Origin: Octopus sinensis
Taxonomy: Eukaryota
Direction: 5' to 3'
Length of the DNA: 64,000 nt
Assembly: GCF_006345805.1 (NCBI RefSeq)
Contig: NC_043007.1
Location: forward strand, 49,662,001-49,726,000
Positions 41,430 to 56,025 of the stretch are shown piece by piece. Both the position numbers and the translations under genes were made by a program. The notes under the pieces were generated by a model that was given only the letters and a program-made list of their open reading frames with translations, did no database searches and was not told where the DNA came from. Within the stretch, counting starts at the first letter, position 1. Every line of letters begins with the position of its first letter.

Positions 41430-41756
41430 TGTAAAGTATAGAAGCCATCTTATCATGGCTAACCACATTGGGGAGGGGGTTGTTACTGTAGCTTTATAGC
41501 CCCAAGAGATCTTCGTCTCTAGCTGGCTCTAAACACAATATCTATGTCTTTGGAGTGTTTGCAAAGGGAGGCCATCCCTTCCTCGCAAGCCTGAGTGATA
41601 CGCTCGAACTAGTTTCGGGATGTTTGTCCCTCGTCAACGGGCGGCAACCACCAGGTAGCGATGGAAGTGAAGGCTCCTTTGCAAACAGATATAAGTTTTT
41701 CTAAAACCCCCTCCCCAATGTGGTTAGCCATGATAAGATGGCTTCTATACTTTACA
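41430..41756. mobile_element. MITE-like element with ~50-bp terminal inverted repeats
   Basis: tgtaaagtatagaagccatcttatcatggctaaccacattggg and its reverse complement; minimal HHR-like motif at 41602-41642 (-). Confidence 0.75.
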
Positions 41757-41790
<34 letters not shown>

Positions 41791-42509
41791 GTATATGAAC
41801 ATGTATGTCTGCATATGTACATTCATGCATATACATATGTATATATATGTATATATATATATATACTCATATAATATACACAAAAATACACACACGCACA
41901 CACACACACATATATATACTTGAATACATATATATATGTGTGTGTGTGTATATGTAAGTGTATGTGTGTTGCGTGTAAGTATGTACGTATGTAAACCAGT
42001 AGATATGAAAGCGATGCGTATGTGTTATCTCTTTTGGTATAGTTGAAACTGGAATATCTGAGAAAGTGATTTACCGATGTTTGTTAGTTTAAGGTTATTG
42101 CAATGTCCCAAGTAATGATATAAAATATGTGATAATATATTTATTTACACTCTGTGAAAATATATCATATCTAAGGCCTTGGCCTTTACTTTATAAATAA
42201 CATGGATTCTGTTAAATTTGTATAACATATATGCATAAGATATATACGTGCATATCAGAATGTTGGTATAGGAATATGTTGATGTTGCTAATTGTAAGTT
42301 TAAGTTCAAATGTAGACAAATTATATGCATGCATATACGAATGCATATATACATATATACGCACACGCAAACACACGTGACACACGCAAAAGCATACAAA
42401 CATACATACATAATACATACATAGATGTAAACATATACATATATATATGTATACACGCACACACACACACACATACACACACACACACACACACATATAT
42501 ATAAATAAC

Positions 42510-42703
42510 CAAGAAAAAAGCAACAAGAATGGATTAGTAGTTTAGTATAATTGTTTCATACTAAGAGCACTTTTATTTGAAGCTGCAAATATTGCAGCAA
42601 ATACAAATGTATTAGCTGCAATATTTGCAACTTCAAATAAAAGTGCTCTTAGTATGAAACAATTGTACTAAACTACTAATCCATTCTTGTTGCTTTTTTC
42701 TTG
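42510..42703. repeat. 194-bp near-perfect palindrome
   Basis: Arms pair to aataca-aa-tgtatt; right arm has GAAAC-aatt-GTA at 42656-42667. Confidence 0.92.
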
Positions 42704-42945
42704 CTTATAATCACCCCACATTATTTTATGGTTAATACCATAAAGAATTCTGGTGCATCTAAGTTAAGTACCATATTCATTTGAATTCATTGGAATTCAC
42801 TTGAATCTTAATTGTTTTTGCTGAATATATATATATATATATATATATATGACTGTTACGTACGAACCGATGTTACTACCATTTTCAACCCCAAGAGGAA
42901 GCCTCCTCCAGATAGACGGTCTGCTGGTAATATGAAATCGCTAGA

Positions 42946-43028
<83 letters not shown>

Positions 43029-43147
43029 CAAAGTGTCGTACGCCGCTATATTTTATATGTAAAAAATACAAAAATGGGACAAGAATGCAAAACATCCAGA
43101 CAGGTGATACAAAAAGGGACAACAAAACACCCAGGCAGACGATACAA

Positions 43148-43344
43148 AGAAAACAAGTACGGGTCATTTGGAGTTTTTCTATCAGCAGTTGAGTTCTAGA
43201 TCATCTTTGCAATTTCGGTTGGTTATACTCGAGATTGCTCAAATCTGGCCTGGAGCAATCTCGAGTATAACTAGCCGAAATTGCAAAGATAAACTGGAAC
43301 TCGATTAGCGATAGAAAACTCCGAATGACCCGTCCTTGTTTTCT
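43148..43344. repeat. 197-bp imperfect palindrome
   Basis: agaaaacaagtacgggtcatttggag.../...ctccgaatgacccgtccttgttttct, centred on gattgctc...gagcaatc. Confidence 0.88.
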
Positions 43345-43989
43345 ATATATGTGTATGTATATATATATTTCGCTTAGGCATAACGAGACTAATAACTCAA
43401 TATACGTATGGTCCAGAGCACAATGCTATATGAGTGCAGAGTGGTGACAGAAAACAAAGAGATGATACCAGAAAAATAAAATGTTATGTAATGAACTTCC
43501 TTATCTTACAGCTGTTTCTGCTATAAGATGTGGTGCGCTCTTAGTTGAGTATCAGGATAACATCCTATAGCTTCGTTTAACTCTTGAATATGAACTGCAC
43601 TATATTTGGGAAAGTTAGATTTTCAGAACATACAGGCGTTATGAGTGAGAAAGTTTATGCTGATGGCAATGGAAAGAGCTATGGCTAGGGAAAGTGCACT
43701 TCGCATTCGAGGTTCTGATGAAGCTTTCGAAGAAGAGGTACACAAACATACACACACACATGCATATATAGACACACACACATATGCATACGGACAAAAT
43801 TGTTTTGGAAGTCAAATTTTATACGGTACGCACACGAAAATACTCTCGCAACAATCACACAGGATAACAAACATACACAAAATACACATACATACATATA
43901 CAATCTGACATACAGATACACACCGAGACAGACACAGAAGTAAACAAATATAAACACAGGAAGACACGTATATTCATTTAGACATATAC

Positions 43990-44084
<95 letters not shown>

Positions 44085-44380
44085 CATATATATATAATGT
44101 ATGTATGTATGTATGTATGTATGTATGTATACATACATAGATACATACATATATGTATATATATATATCAGTTGTATTTGTTTTTGCTAAATTGTTGATA
44201 TGAAATTGCATGATGAAAGTGATATTGTTGAAACTTAGAACTGCCATGCTGCTGTTAATTAATTATTGCTTAATTGATTAATTAAATATTAACTTAATTA
44301 ACTATTAAAGCAGACGTCAAATACAACCAGTGCATGTTTTATTGTATTGTACATACATTCATGTACATACATAGATACCC

Positions 44381-44441
<61 letters not shown>

Positions 44442-44784
44442 CGTGTGTGTGTGTGTGCACACAAACACACACAGACAAACACACACACACACATATATAT
44501 ATATGCTTCTTCCACTAATTAGACATGCTGGGGCAGTGCGTTGAAAAAATCTATATCTATCTATGTATCTGTCTATCTATCTATCTATATAAGCTACCGC
44601 GTTGAAGAATGTTTCAGTCTAATGAATCGACCAATGTTTTTTTTTAACCCTCGTACTTATTCTGTTTAATCCTAAAGAACTTCTAAATCACGTGTACGAA
44701 AGCAAACCAGCACCGGTTATCCGGCGGTGGTGGAAAACAAAAATATGACCAGGATAAACACACACACATATGTATATGTGTGTG

Positions 44785-44834
<50 letters not shown>

Positions 44835-44972
44835 ACGGGCTTCTTTCCATTAACTAAATCCAGTCACAAGGCTTTGGTCGGCCCCTGGCAATAGTAGAAG
44901 ACACTTGCCCAAGATGCCAGGCAGTGGTACTGAACCCCGAACCATGTGTTTAGGAACCGAGCTTCCTACCAC

Positions 44973-45035
<63 letters not shown>

Positions 45036-45039
45036 ATTG

Positions 45040-46237
<1,198 letters not shown>

Positions 46238-46401
46238 GTACATATAGATTTGTATGTGTGTATGTAGATATATATATATATACATATATAACATAAACAC
46301 ACACACACAACACACACACACACACACACATACATATATATATACATATATATATATGCGAATGGTATATTTATACGTATATGTATATCTAGCTATATAT
46401 A

Positions 46402-47546
46402 TCTACACATACCTAAACGCCAGTCTTCTGGATGTCTCTTTGTGTCAAGTTACTAGGCTCATTGCCGTTTAATAAAAAATTATAACTGGACAGTTACGGC
46501 CCATCTAGTGTCCTTTAACGACCAAGGGGAAATAACCCATTTATTTATTTTTATTTTTCTCTTTTGCCCACTGGTCATTTCTCCCTCCATTTATTAGAGA
46601 AGCAATATCATTAGAGTGACCGCTTGCCAGTGGTTACCTTTTGAAGTCTGACGTTGATGCTGGTAATCACGGTCTGGGCCATCTTTTACATTGCTTGGAG
46701 TTTCTACCTATCGCAATGGGGCACATAATGATATGGATATTCCTGACCGAAAAAAAAATGTTATGATATAGATAATCTTGATTGTATGCTTTTATTTTTG
46801 CCTGTTTATTACTAGACACAGTTTTAAGTTTGTCATACTGTTTACACCAATTTCGAACATTGGCTTCATTAATATTAAAATACCTGCCGGCAGCTCTGTT
46901 GCCACGTTCAAATGCATATTCAACATATTTAATTTCTCTTTCGCATTAAACACTGCCCACACTGACAATAACGGTAATGACAAATTTTTAAGTTTGCTTG
47001 AAATTTTATAAGTGTGAAAGGGATTAAAATTTCGATACTCTGTATCAAAGATTCCCGCAAGAGTAGGTGGAAAATCAGAACTTGAGACAAGAAGACGCTT
47101 CCGACCAATCAAAATTCTGTTTACATAATCAGTTTGATCGGTCACTTTCCTCTGTCAGTTGAGTAAAGTATCATCCAAGCTGAAGTTTATTGGTAATTAA
47201 ACTTAATTTGTGGCACCTGTGCGTATTTATCAGCTTTGTTTTTGTAGATAATCCTTATCAACAACTTCTGTGATCGTAGTCTACCTTTTTGAATTTTTAC
47301 TTTCGGGTAACTAAGTTGCATGCTATTACGGTAACTGACTTCACGAGTTTGGTATTCATAACTTATTGGGATTTCCTAAAGACAAGATCCTATGTAAGAT
47401 GGTTCGGTATTCCCTGTAAATGCACAAAAACCGTTTTAAGGGCTACGTACTTTGTATTGTTGCTATTGGCTTAGCGAAACAATTATGAGAACGAGACCAG
47501 GGGATTAAGTCCCGCTTTCCCGGAAATTACCGGGTACATCAGCTAG
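46402..47546 (+). mobile_element. non-autonomous Helitron (5' end inferred)
   Basis: 3' hairpin cccgg/ccggg (47519-47534) then CTAG|T; plausible A|TC start at 46402. Confidence 0.55.
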
Positions 47547-47636
<90 letters not shown>

Positions 47637-47678
47637 CGTGCGCGCGCGCGTATATATATATATGTATATATGTGTATA

Positions 47679-47823
47679 TGTTAGAAAAAATAAGGTACTC
47701 AGAAATCTGGATGGTTGTACATTTACAGATCTTTATTAATATGTCGCATGTTAATAAAACATATTAATAAAAATCTGCAAATGTACAACTATCCAGATTT
47801 CTGAGTACCTTATTTGTCTAACA
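47679..47823. repeat. 145-bp fold-back
   Basis: tgttagaaaaaataaggtactcagaaatctggat... pairs with ...atccagatttctgagtaccttatttgtctaaca. Confidence 0.9.
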
Positions 47824-47885
47824 TATAATACCTGTACATTACCTCCAAACCTTCTAATATATGTATATATGTATATATATGTGTG

Positions 47886-47931
<46 letters not shown>

Positions 47932-47973
47932 TGTATATATATATATATATATATATATAATTGTGTATACATA

Positions 47974-48385
47974 TACGAGGTTAGTTCATTAAAAAAATTT
48001 CCTGACTCTCTGCAGGAGACAGAACTTGTACAAGTATAATCATACATGTCTCCACTAGTATTCGTTTGTCTTTTACGGTTGCTGAAATCGACTAAGGTCG
48101 ATAATAGAGACTAAGGTCGATAATAGAGACTAAGGTCGATAATAGAGACTTCTAATGGGATGAAAGAATTTTATGCTGATGATGCACTATCATACGACGT
48201 AGTCGAGCATTGGCATCACCAGTTCAAATGTGATCGGATATCGGTGGTAACCTATTCCTGGACGACAACATTCTGTCATTGATGATGACACCATCCGTAA
48301 AGTGGAAGCCGATATTTTGAAGGATCGCCGCATAACTATTCGGCAACTAACTCAAGAAGTGAAACTAAGTGTAGGGACTGTGGAG
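47974..48385 (+). mobile_element. mariner 5' fragment with a 19-bp x3 tandem repeat (48090-48150)
   Basis: tacgagg terminus; HTH region KVEADILKDRRITIRQLTQEVKLSVGTV. Confidence 0.75.
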
Positions 48386-48390
48386 TTCTT

Positions 48391-48725
48391 GTGGCAAAGC
48401 TGAATTCTTGTGAACAGCATATTTCGAAACTCTGGGTTTTATGTAATAGGAATGGAGGAGCTGCACTTTGTTCACAGTCTCTAACCAAAGTTCATTATCA
48501 AGTATGGGGAGTCTGTTGTTCGGGTACCTAGTGGGCTAATCTATAGTTACCTTGATACTTTGGTAGATGGAGTTAGCTACTAGCTGGATACTTTCCATTA
48601 TGTTCCTCTCAGTTTCTACATTACCGTCACTAGAATTGGTCTTAACAGTGTGCAGCTCTTCCACTCGTATTACATGAAACCCATAGCTTCGAAATATGTT
48701 GTTCACAAGAACTCAGCTTTGTCAC
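48391..48725. repeat. element with ~78-bp diverged inverted repeats
   Basis: gtggcaaagctgaattcttgtgaacagcatatttcgaa.../...ttcgaaatatgttgttcacaagaactcagctttgtcac. Confidence 0.8.
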
Positions 48726-48739
48726 ACAACATGAAAATT

Positions 48740-49520
48740 AACATACTGATAGCAGACTTAGGATAATTAACAACGTGTCCCCACTATGCAAATCCTATGA
48801 AACGAAGAAACATGTACAGAACTTTATGCACCGTATGCAATTCTCTGGATATGATCAGAAACATAGGGTTCGAGTATACAGGGGTGTTAGATAACGTTAT
48901 ATGTAATGAAACCAGTGGTACCTGCCCTAGATATAGAAGCAAAGACTGGAATAGAATACAAAAGACCTTGTGACAAAGCAAACAGGGTGAATACATGGTA
49001 TAAAACTGACGAATATCAAGAAGTGATATTTGTAGAGGCCACAGCCCATGGAGAACCAGTCCGTAGATTTAGGAAAACTCTGAAGGAAACCAAACTCAAC
49101 ATTAAGATTGTTGAAAAGCCAAGGAATTCATCAGATCACAACAATGTAGGACGTACCCACTTGAGAATACCATATGCACCAATGATATCTGCATGTTATG
49201 TAGGATTAGCTGTGGCATTAACTGTAGAACTAGAAATGTAGTCTACAGCATAAGAGGCATAGAAGATGCTTGTAAATACATGAACATGACATGCATAGGG
49301 GAGACATCTAGGAGCATTGCGGAAAGGCTAAATTGACATTTGAGACTATATCACGACAACAAGCACTTCCCCATACTCTGCCAACATGCCAAAGACATGG
49401 AAGCAACCTGAGTCAACTTGACATCCTCATTATACCCAAGCACTCAAAGGACCCAACCCTCAAACTAAAACAGGAATACGTCCTTATAAATGAAACAACC
49501 CCAGTACTAAATAGAAAATA
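48740..49520 (+). pseudogene. PLE (Neptune-like) thumb plus GIY-YIG fragment
   Basis: RMQFSGYDQ, YRSKDWN, WYKTDEYQEVIFVEAT, CMLC...NCRTRNVVY...IGETSRSIAER. Confidence 0.82.
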
Positions 49521-49849
49521 TACGTAGTAGATATTCATACACCCATTACCACAGTTTGTATTTATATAAACGTAGAATAGATAGTGCGCTGTTATGTAGA
49601 TGTATGTATGTGACTGTATATATACATATATATATATATATATTGTGAAATAGAAAGATGAATAATCTTGTTGCAGATTAATCAAAAGTTTAACCGATAC
49701 CTTGGTAGCAAAAATCACAGCAGAAGACAGCACAGTTGGAGGTACAACCATATGGTGTAGCAACCGTGCGTTGGTGCGGATAATTGAATTTTAATATTAT
49801 TAGTGAATTGAAGAAATGGAGTTGAACGAAGATTGAACAGAAATCGCTT

Positions 49850-49942
49850 TATTGCATTCTACACGTGTTTCGAAAGGCACAATTTACCAAATTCCGATTG
49901 AATAATGAGACCATATTGTGTCTTTCTCTTCAGGAAGAAATA
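49850..49942 (-). ncRNA. type I hammerhead ribozyme (left arm)
   Basis: Mirror copy of 51048-51140. Confidence 0.82.
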
Positions 49943-51047
49943 GGAAATCCGTTGGAAAAAACAAAAACAGAACAGAGGCGGAGCAAAACAAATCGAACGA
50001 GGCTCCTAAGAGCCCGTGGCCAAACTGTTTATCAATGTATGTTGAAAACGGGTGGTGGGTGCGTTGAAGATTTTAACGGGTCAGGCAGCGGTCATTCCGG
50101 TGGGTGAGGGCACGGGGTGCGTAGATGTTCTTTGTGACCGAGACCACGGGACTTAGCAAGCTAATATGGCGATTGAAGAATACGAACTCAAGCTACAGGC
50201 TGGAATGGTCAATTCTGTCGGTGGCCCTCCCATTTGACAGGGGCAGAAGGAAGTGCAACCTTTGTGTCTCCGAACTCTTCCATATATTGTTCGCCAGAGA
50301 CTGGATGGTAAACGGACTTTTACAGTCGGCTTTTCGATGCCCCCATTGGCGGCGTTATATTTATCTTGCTTATAAATAACGCTTATAAATAATACCTGCA
50401 CCCGGTTACACTACTTATATGAAAATAGCCCTTGGTAATAAATTCTGAAAAAGCTTTTAAGAGAAATATGATTAACCATTGCAAGGGGAATTACTCCTGG
50501 GAGACGAATGGTGTTTTGTTTTTGACGACGGGGGGTTTCTTTGACAAGGCATGATTAGACGAACACACGCACACATAAAATATTTTTCTGCCACCCGACG
50601 GATTTTACAGCAGTGACCATTGTGTAGAGCTGTTTACCAACTGACGGCCGCGCGATCAAACGCACACACGTACACATAAAATATTTTCTACCCCCTGACG
50701 GATTTCTCAGCAGTGACCAGAGTGTAGCGTTTCTTACCAACTTGCGGCCGCACATATATAGAACAGTACACACACACATGTTTCTAAGTAGATTTTGGCT
50801 CGCCCCATATAATACACCTAATATTCTTTAAATAGTCAGAACTTTAGTCTCGGTCACAAAGAACATCTACGCACCCCGTGCCCTCACCCACCGGAATGAC
50901 CGCTGCCTGACCCGTTAAAATCTTCAACGCACCCACCACCCGTTTTCAACATACATTGATAAACAGTTTGGCCATGGGCTCTTAGGAGCCTCGTTCGATT
51001 TGTTTTGCTCCGCCTCTGTTCTGTTTTTTTTTTTCCAACGGATTTCC

Positions 51048-51140
51048 TATTTCTTCCTGAAGAGAAAGACACAATATGGTCTCATTATTCAATCGGAATT
51101 TGGTAAATTGTGCCTTTCGAAACACGTGTAGAATGCAATA
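51048..51140 (+). ncRNA. type I hammerhead ribozyme (right arm)
   Basis: tatt-tc-ttc-CTGAAGA-gaaag-a-cacaat...attgtg-c-ctttc-GAAAC-acgt-GTA-gaa-tgc-aata; predicted cleavage after 51130. Confidence 0.85.
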
Positions 51141-51183
51141 AAGCGATTTCTGTTCAATCTTCGTTCAACTCCATTTCTTCAAT

Positions 51184-51225
<42 letters not shown>

Positions 51226-52071
51226 TATATATGTGTATGCACATGTATGTAGGCAAATGGATATGAAAGTAAACAGATAGACATATAGACGGATAGGTAC
51301 ACAGGTAATATGATCAGACAAGTACACATACACACACATACGCAAGTGAATACTGAAACACATGACCATATTCACACACACTTCACTTCTCAAAAGGACA
51401 CATATGGTGACACACATACACATATCCACACATATGGAGATACACATCCGTACATACAGACACGGTCACGAAATCCCCCCCCCCCCACACACACACAGAC
51501 ACACTCAGACATGCACACACAAGGAGACAGAGGATCACACTCACACACACATGCAAGCACATAAAAATACACACACACATAAAAATACACAAACACGAAC
51601 ACACAAACACATGAATATGCAGAATACATGCGTAGAAACGTACACACTTACATATATACATACGCACACAAAAAGACACACATACATGCATACAAACACA
51701 CTTACATGCAGGGATACATACATATATACATACATGTGTATGCGCACACACGCTGATCCACACACATGCGCACAAGCAAACAAAAAGAACGCAGCTCGGA
51801 TAACGGACAGAGTAAACAACTATTGAAAAGGTTGCAAGACGCAATGAAAGTTTTAAGAATAATAAATAAGTAAATGAGTGGAAACTTTACCGGTGTGTGT
51901 GTTAAATGATAAGGCGCTAAAAGAGAATGACTCTTCCCAGACAACAGAATATACTTCAACACACGACTTACGTATCTATATACATAGATACATACATGCA
52001 TACATGCATACATATATATGTCGTCTGTTACGTTCTTGTCCTATTTTGGGGATTTATATATACATACATGC

Positions 52072-52142
<71 letters not shown>

Positions 52143-52325
52143 ATATATAATTTTCGTGCTTGTCCAATATCTGAAAATATACTACACGAAGATAGAATTT
52201 GAATGTACTTTACTGCTCTAAATATCTTTACTGTAGCATCGCCGTCGAGAGGCATGTAGTAAACGGATTTGCAAGTTTCACTTAAAATACCACCCAACAT
52301 ACAGACAAACATACATGTATGTGTG

Positions 52326-52364
<39 letters not shown>

Positions 52365-52384
52365 ATGTATAATTATAGATGTAA

Positions 52385-52720
52385 GTGCAGGCGTGGCTGT
52401 GTGGTAAAAAGCTTGCTTCCCAATCACATAGTTCCAGGTTCAGTTGCATTGCGTTGAAGATTGGGCAAATGTCTTCTTCTATGGCCTCGGGCCGACAAAA
52501 GCCTTGTGAGTTTATTCGATAAATGGATACTGAAAGAAGCCCGTTACATACGTATATGTTTATATATGTATCTATGTGTTTGACTCTGTGTCTGTGTTTG
52601 TCCCCGACCACTGCTTGACATTTGGTGTTGATGTGTTTACGTCCCCGTAAACTAGCAGTTCGGCAAGATATACCAATGGAATAAGTACCAAGCAGCACAA
52701 AAACATGAATAAACACTAGT
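52385..52720 (+). mobile_element. SINE family B, near full length
   Basis: gcaggcgtggctgtgtggtaaaaagcttgcttccc head. Confidence 0.78.
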
Positions 52721-54849
52721 TAAATTCCAATTGATTAGCACGAGGAACACTTCACAAATCTAAGATATAATCCAATAGGCATAATATATGCTCCACAGTA
52801 TGCATAATAATAATAATAATCTAAATGAGGAAAAGAGAAATTCAAATTAATCTTACAATCGCTTCAGTAATCCGAACATTTTTATTCCATGCTGCATATA
52901 TAAAGACTTCCTCCTGTCCGGGCAAGGTTGTTTATGGAAGACCAGCAGTCTAAGCGGCAAACTGCAGTGGAGAAGGCCTTTTTACAGGTCAAATATGTCG
53001 CAAACAGAAGAACATATCTGAACTTATCTGTTTATTCACAAAACTCTGCGTGTGTGTGTGTATGTGTGTGTATGTGTGCGCGTGTGCGCGTGCATGCGTG
53101 TGTACTTGTGTTTCTGTATTTGTTTATATAAATATATGTACTTGTGTGTGTGTATTTGTGCAAATGTATATATTTGGGGGTATGGTGCATGTTTGTATGT
53201 GCGCATACCCCTGCATCGATATATGAATATACTTTGCTTCACAAACGAAGAAAAGATATTTCCGCCATTTTTTAAAATAAAAAGCGTACTTCAGCCTGTT
53301 GCTGTCTTCCATCTTTCCGTCTCTGTTGTCTTGTCCCTCTCTCACTGTCCCTATCTGTCTTTATTACCCTTCTACGTCGCGTTTTACTTACACCTCTCCC
53401 CTAAACATATCTTCCTCCTCCAGTTTATGTATCTCTCTCTTCCTCTCTTCCTCCCACGCTATTTCCAATTATCAAAAGGCTCTAAATGATAGTGAAATAA
53501 ATATAACTTCCTCGCACCGCTCTAAACTCGCCTTCATAAACGGATTCTTGACATATCATCGCATTATGTCTCTTAAAGATCTACTCTCATTCAGCTTCGT
53601 TCCCGCTCGTAATACACCCACCCACATACACACATGCGCGCGCGTGCACGCACACACACACTTATGCAGGCACACATACGTATACGCGCGCGCGTATATA
53701 TATACATACACACACACACATGCATACATACTACATACATGTATATGTGTGTGTGTGTGTGCGCGCACGCGATTACATACAGACATATATATATACACTG
53801 ATTCCCATCTGTAACATACACACACGTGTCTGACATTATAATGTAAGATTCTGCACGGCAATTACGTCTCCATAGCAACGAACGAAACGTTTATCAAACG
53901 ATGCTATTTGCGTTTTCTTGTAATCTTGTTTGTCTTGTCAGTTTTGATGCTTTTATGTTCGGTTTTGTTCCCATTTTTTAAAGGTTTTGACCATGTTCAT
54001 GTTCTTTACTTTCATGTTGCTGTAGTTGTTGTATCAAGGGTGAAGTAATGTCGGCAGGGAATGTATGTCATCATCCCACCCGCTTCTCTCTCTGCTGAGG
54101 AAAATTCACACTGACACACTACTCTTCCTTTCTTTTTTTTCTTCTTATGTTTGCTTTCTTTTATCCTCTCTTCCTTCGTTTGATTCTCTTCTACTAAGAT
54201 TCTACCTCTTCCTGCTCTGCACCATCTTTCCCTCTTAGACATAAACAAACACACACGTGCGTACAGATCTACACACACACTGACGCACACACGCGGCGTT
54301 ATACACACAAATTCATACATACTCATACGTATACATATTTGTATATACTTCGTGTGTATGTACTTTATGTGTGTCTACGGGGGCAATTTATATAAACGAG
54401 TTGTTTGTGTTGCGCCTCATCATACCCTGTAACTTGGCGGTTCCGCAAATAGAGAACGATAAAATTACGCGGTCATCATACTTGACTTGAAGGTGGTGCT
54501 TTGACATGTTTGCCCTTCAATGACTTAAATCATTTAAAGAGTACAAACACACACATATGCATGCGCACACACATGTGCATGCACACATGCACGCATGCAA
54601 GCACTCCCACAGGCACACGCGCGCGCGCGCGTACATATGGAGAGGTGCGCACATACAACAGCATCACTGTTTGCTTAAACACCAACTATATATGATTAAA
54701 AAGACACTCCTTTCACTTCTTTGCAGAAGATTTTAAGCTTAAAAGGAAAATTTTAGGTGATGCAATTATTCAGAATATTAGTAGTCATGAAAATTAAAAT
54801 GATAATATAAACATCACTTAATTTTAAAATAACTAAACAAGCATGTGTA

Positions 54850-55023
<174 letters not shown>

Positions 55024-55205
55024 ACGGCAGCTCCCCTGTTCGAAGGTTATAATGGTCACAGGTTCGCGTGTCATATAGCTAGCTAGAAGCGATGACCTCT
55101 TGAGCTAATCAACGGCAGCTTTAGTCTTATATTTATGGACTGCCATGTTAGCTTGGCGATAACTGTTAATTTCCAGTACCGCTGCCGTAATCTCCTTTAG
55201 AGAGA

Positions 55206-55265
<60 letters not shown>

Positions 55266-55439
55266 CCAGTTCCCGACTGAAGATTAGAGGCTTCGAATGA
55301 CCCGTCTGTTTTTTTTGTGTCGTCTCTTTGTGTGTTTTTGCGTTCTTGTCCCATTTTGTAATTTATATTTAATTTCTATACATATATATATATATATAAA
55401 CATTAAGACATATTGTTAAAATTTATTTTGTAGTAAGAT

Positions 55440-55670
55440 CTATTCTGGTTGGGAAACGACTCATAGATGCTAGTGGATGGTCAGTGTCTGCTGCTAGTGA
55501 CCATGTTGTGAACACTTTCAATGAAAGAAATCACTTTTTTGACAATCGTCGGTCCGCGCAGCCGCAAGTGTCTACCGAAAGGATGGACCAATACATTTGC
55601 TGTTCGTCGATGGGTATTTCAAATAAGAACCGTTGGCATTTTGAACCATGTTCCATTGAAAAGGAATAGT
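55440..55670 (+). pseudogene. Tc1-like transposase N-terminal remnant
   Basis: DNRRSAQPQVSTERMDQYI resembles the Tc1 DxxRSGRPRxT linker. Confidence 0.45.
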
Positions 55671-55689
55671 AGCAGCATTGTGTCATAGC

Positions 55690-56025
55690 TGTGAAGATGC
55701 GTGACTCAGTGGTTAGAGCGTAGAGCTTACGATTGAGGTTGTGAGTTCGATTCCCGGACTGGGCTGTGTGTTGTGTTCTTGAGCAAGACACTTTATTTCA
55801 CGTTGCTTCAGTTAACTCAGCTGTATAAATGAGTTGCGACATCACTGGTGCCACGCTGTATCGGCCTTTGTCTTTCCCTTGGATAACATCAGTGATGTAG
55901 AGAGGGGAGGCTGGTATGCATGGGCGACTGCTAGCCTTCCACGAACAATCTTGCCCTGACTTGTGCCTCGGAGGGTAACTTTCTAGGTGCAGCCCCATGG
56001 TCATTCGTGACCGAAGGGGGTCTCC
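55690..56025 (+). mobile_element. CORE-type SINE, full length
   Basis: A box tgactcagtggttagag, B box gagttcgattccc, CORE-like body. Confidence 0.82.

Larger units (their letters stand above)
49670..51189. mobile_element. PLE fold-back element with 344-bp inverted arms
   Basis: Arms 49801-50144 and 50847-51189 are near-identical; the GIY-YIG tail (ORF 50125-50379, IWRLKN...WSILSV...CNLCVSELFHIL) lies between them. Confidence 0.88.

Noticed and set aside
55275-55306. CTGAAGA...GAATGACCCGTC hammerhead-like motif (also near 43320)
   Set aside because: GAAA is replaced by GAAT and stems I and II do not form.
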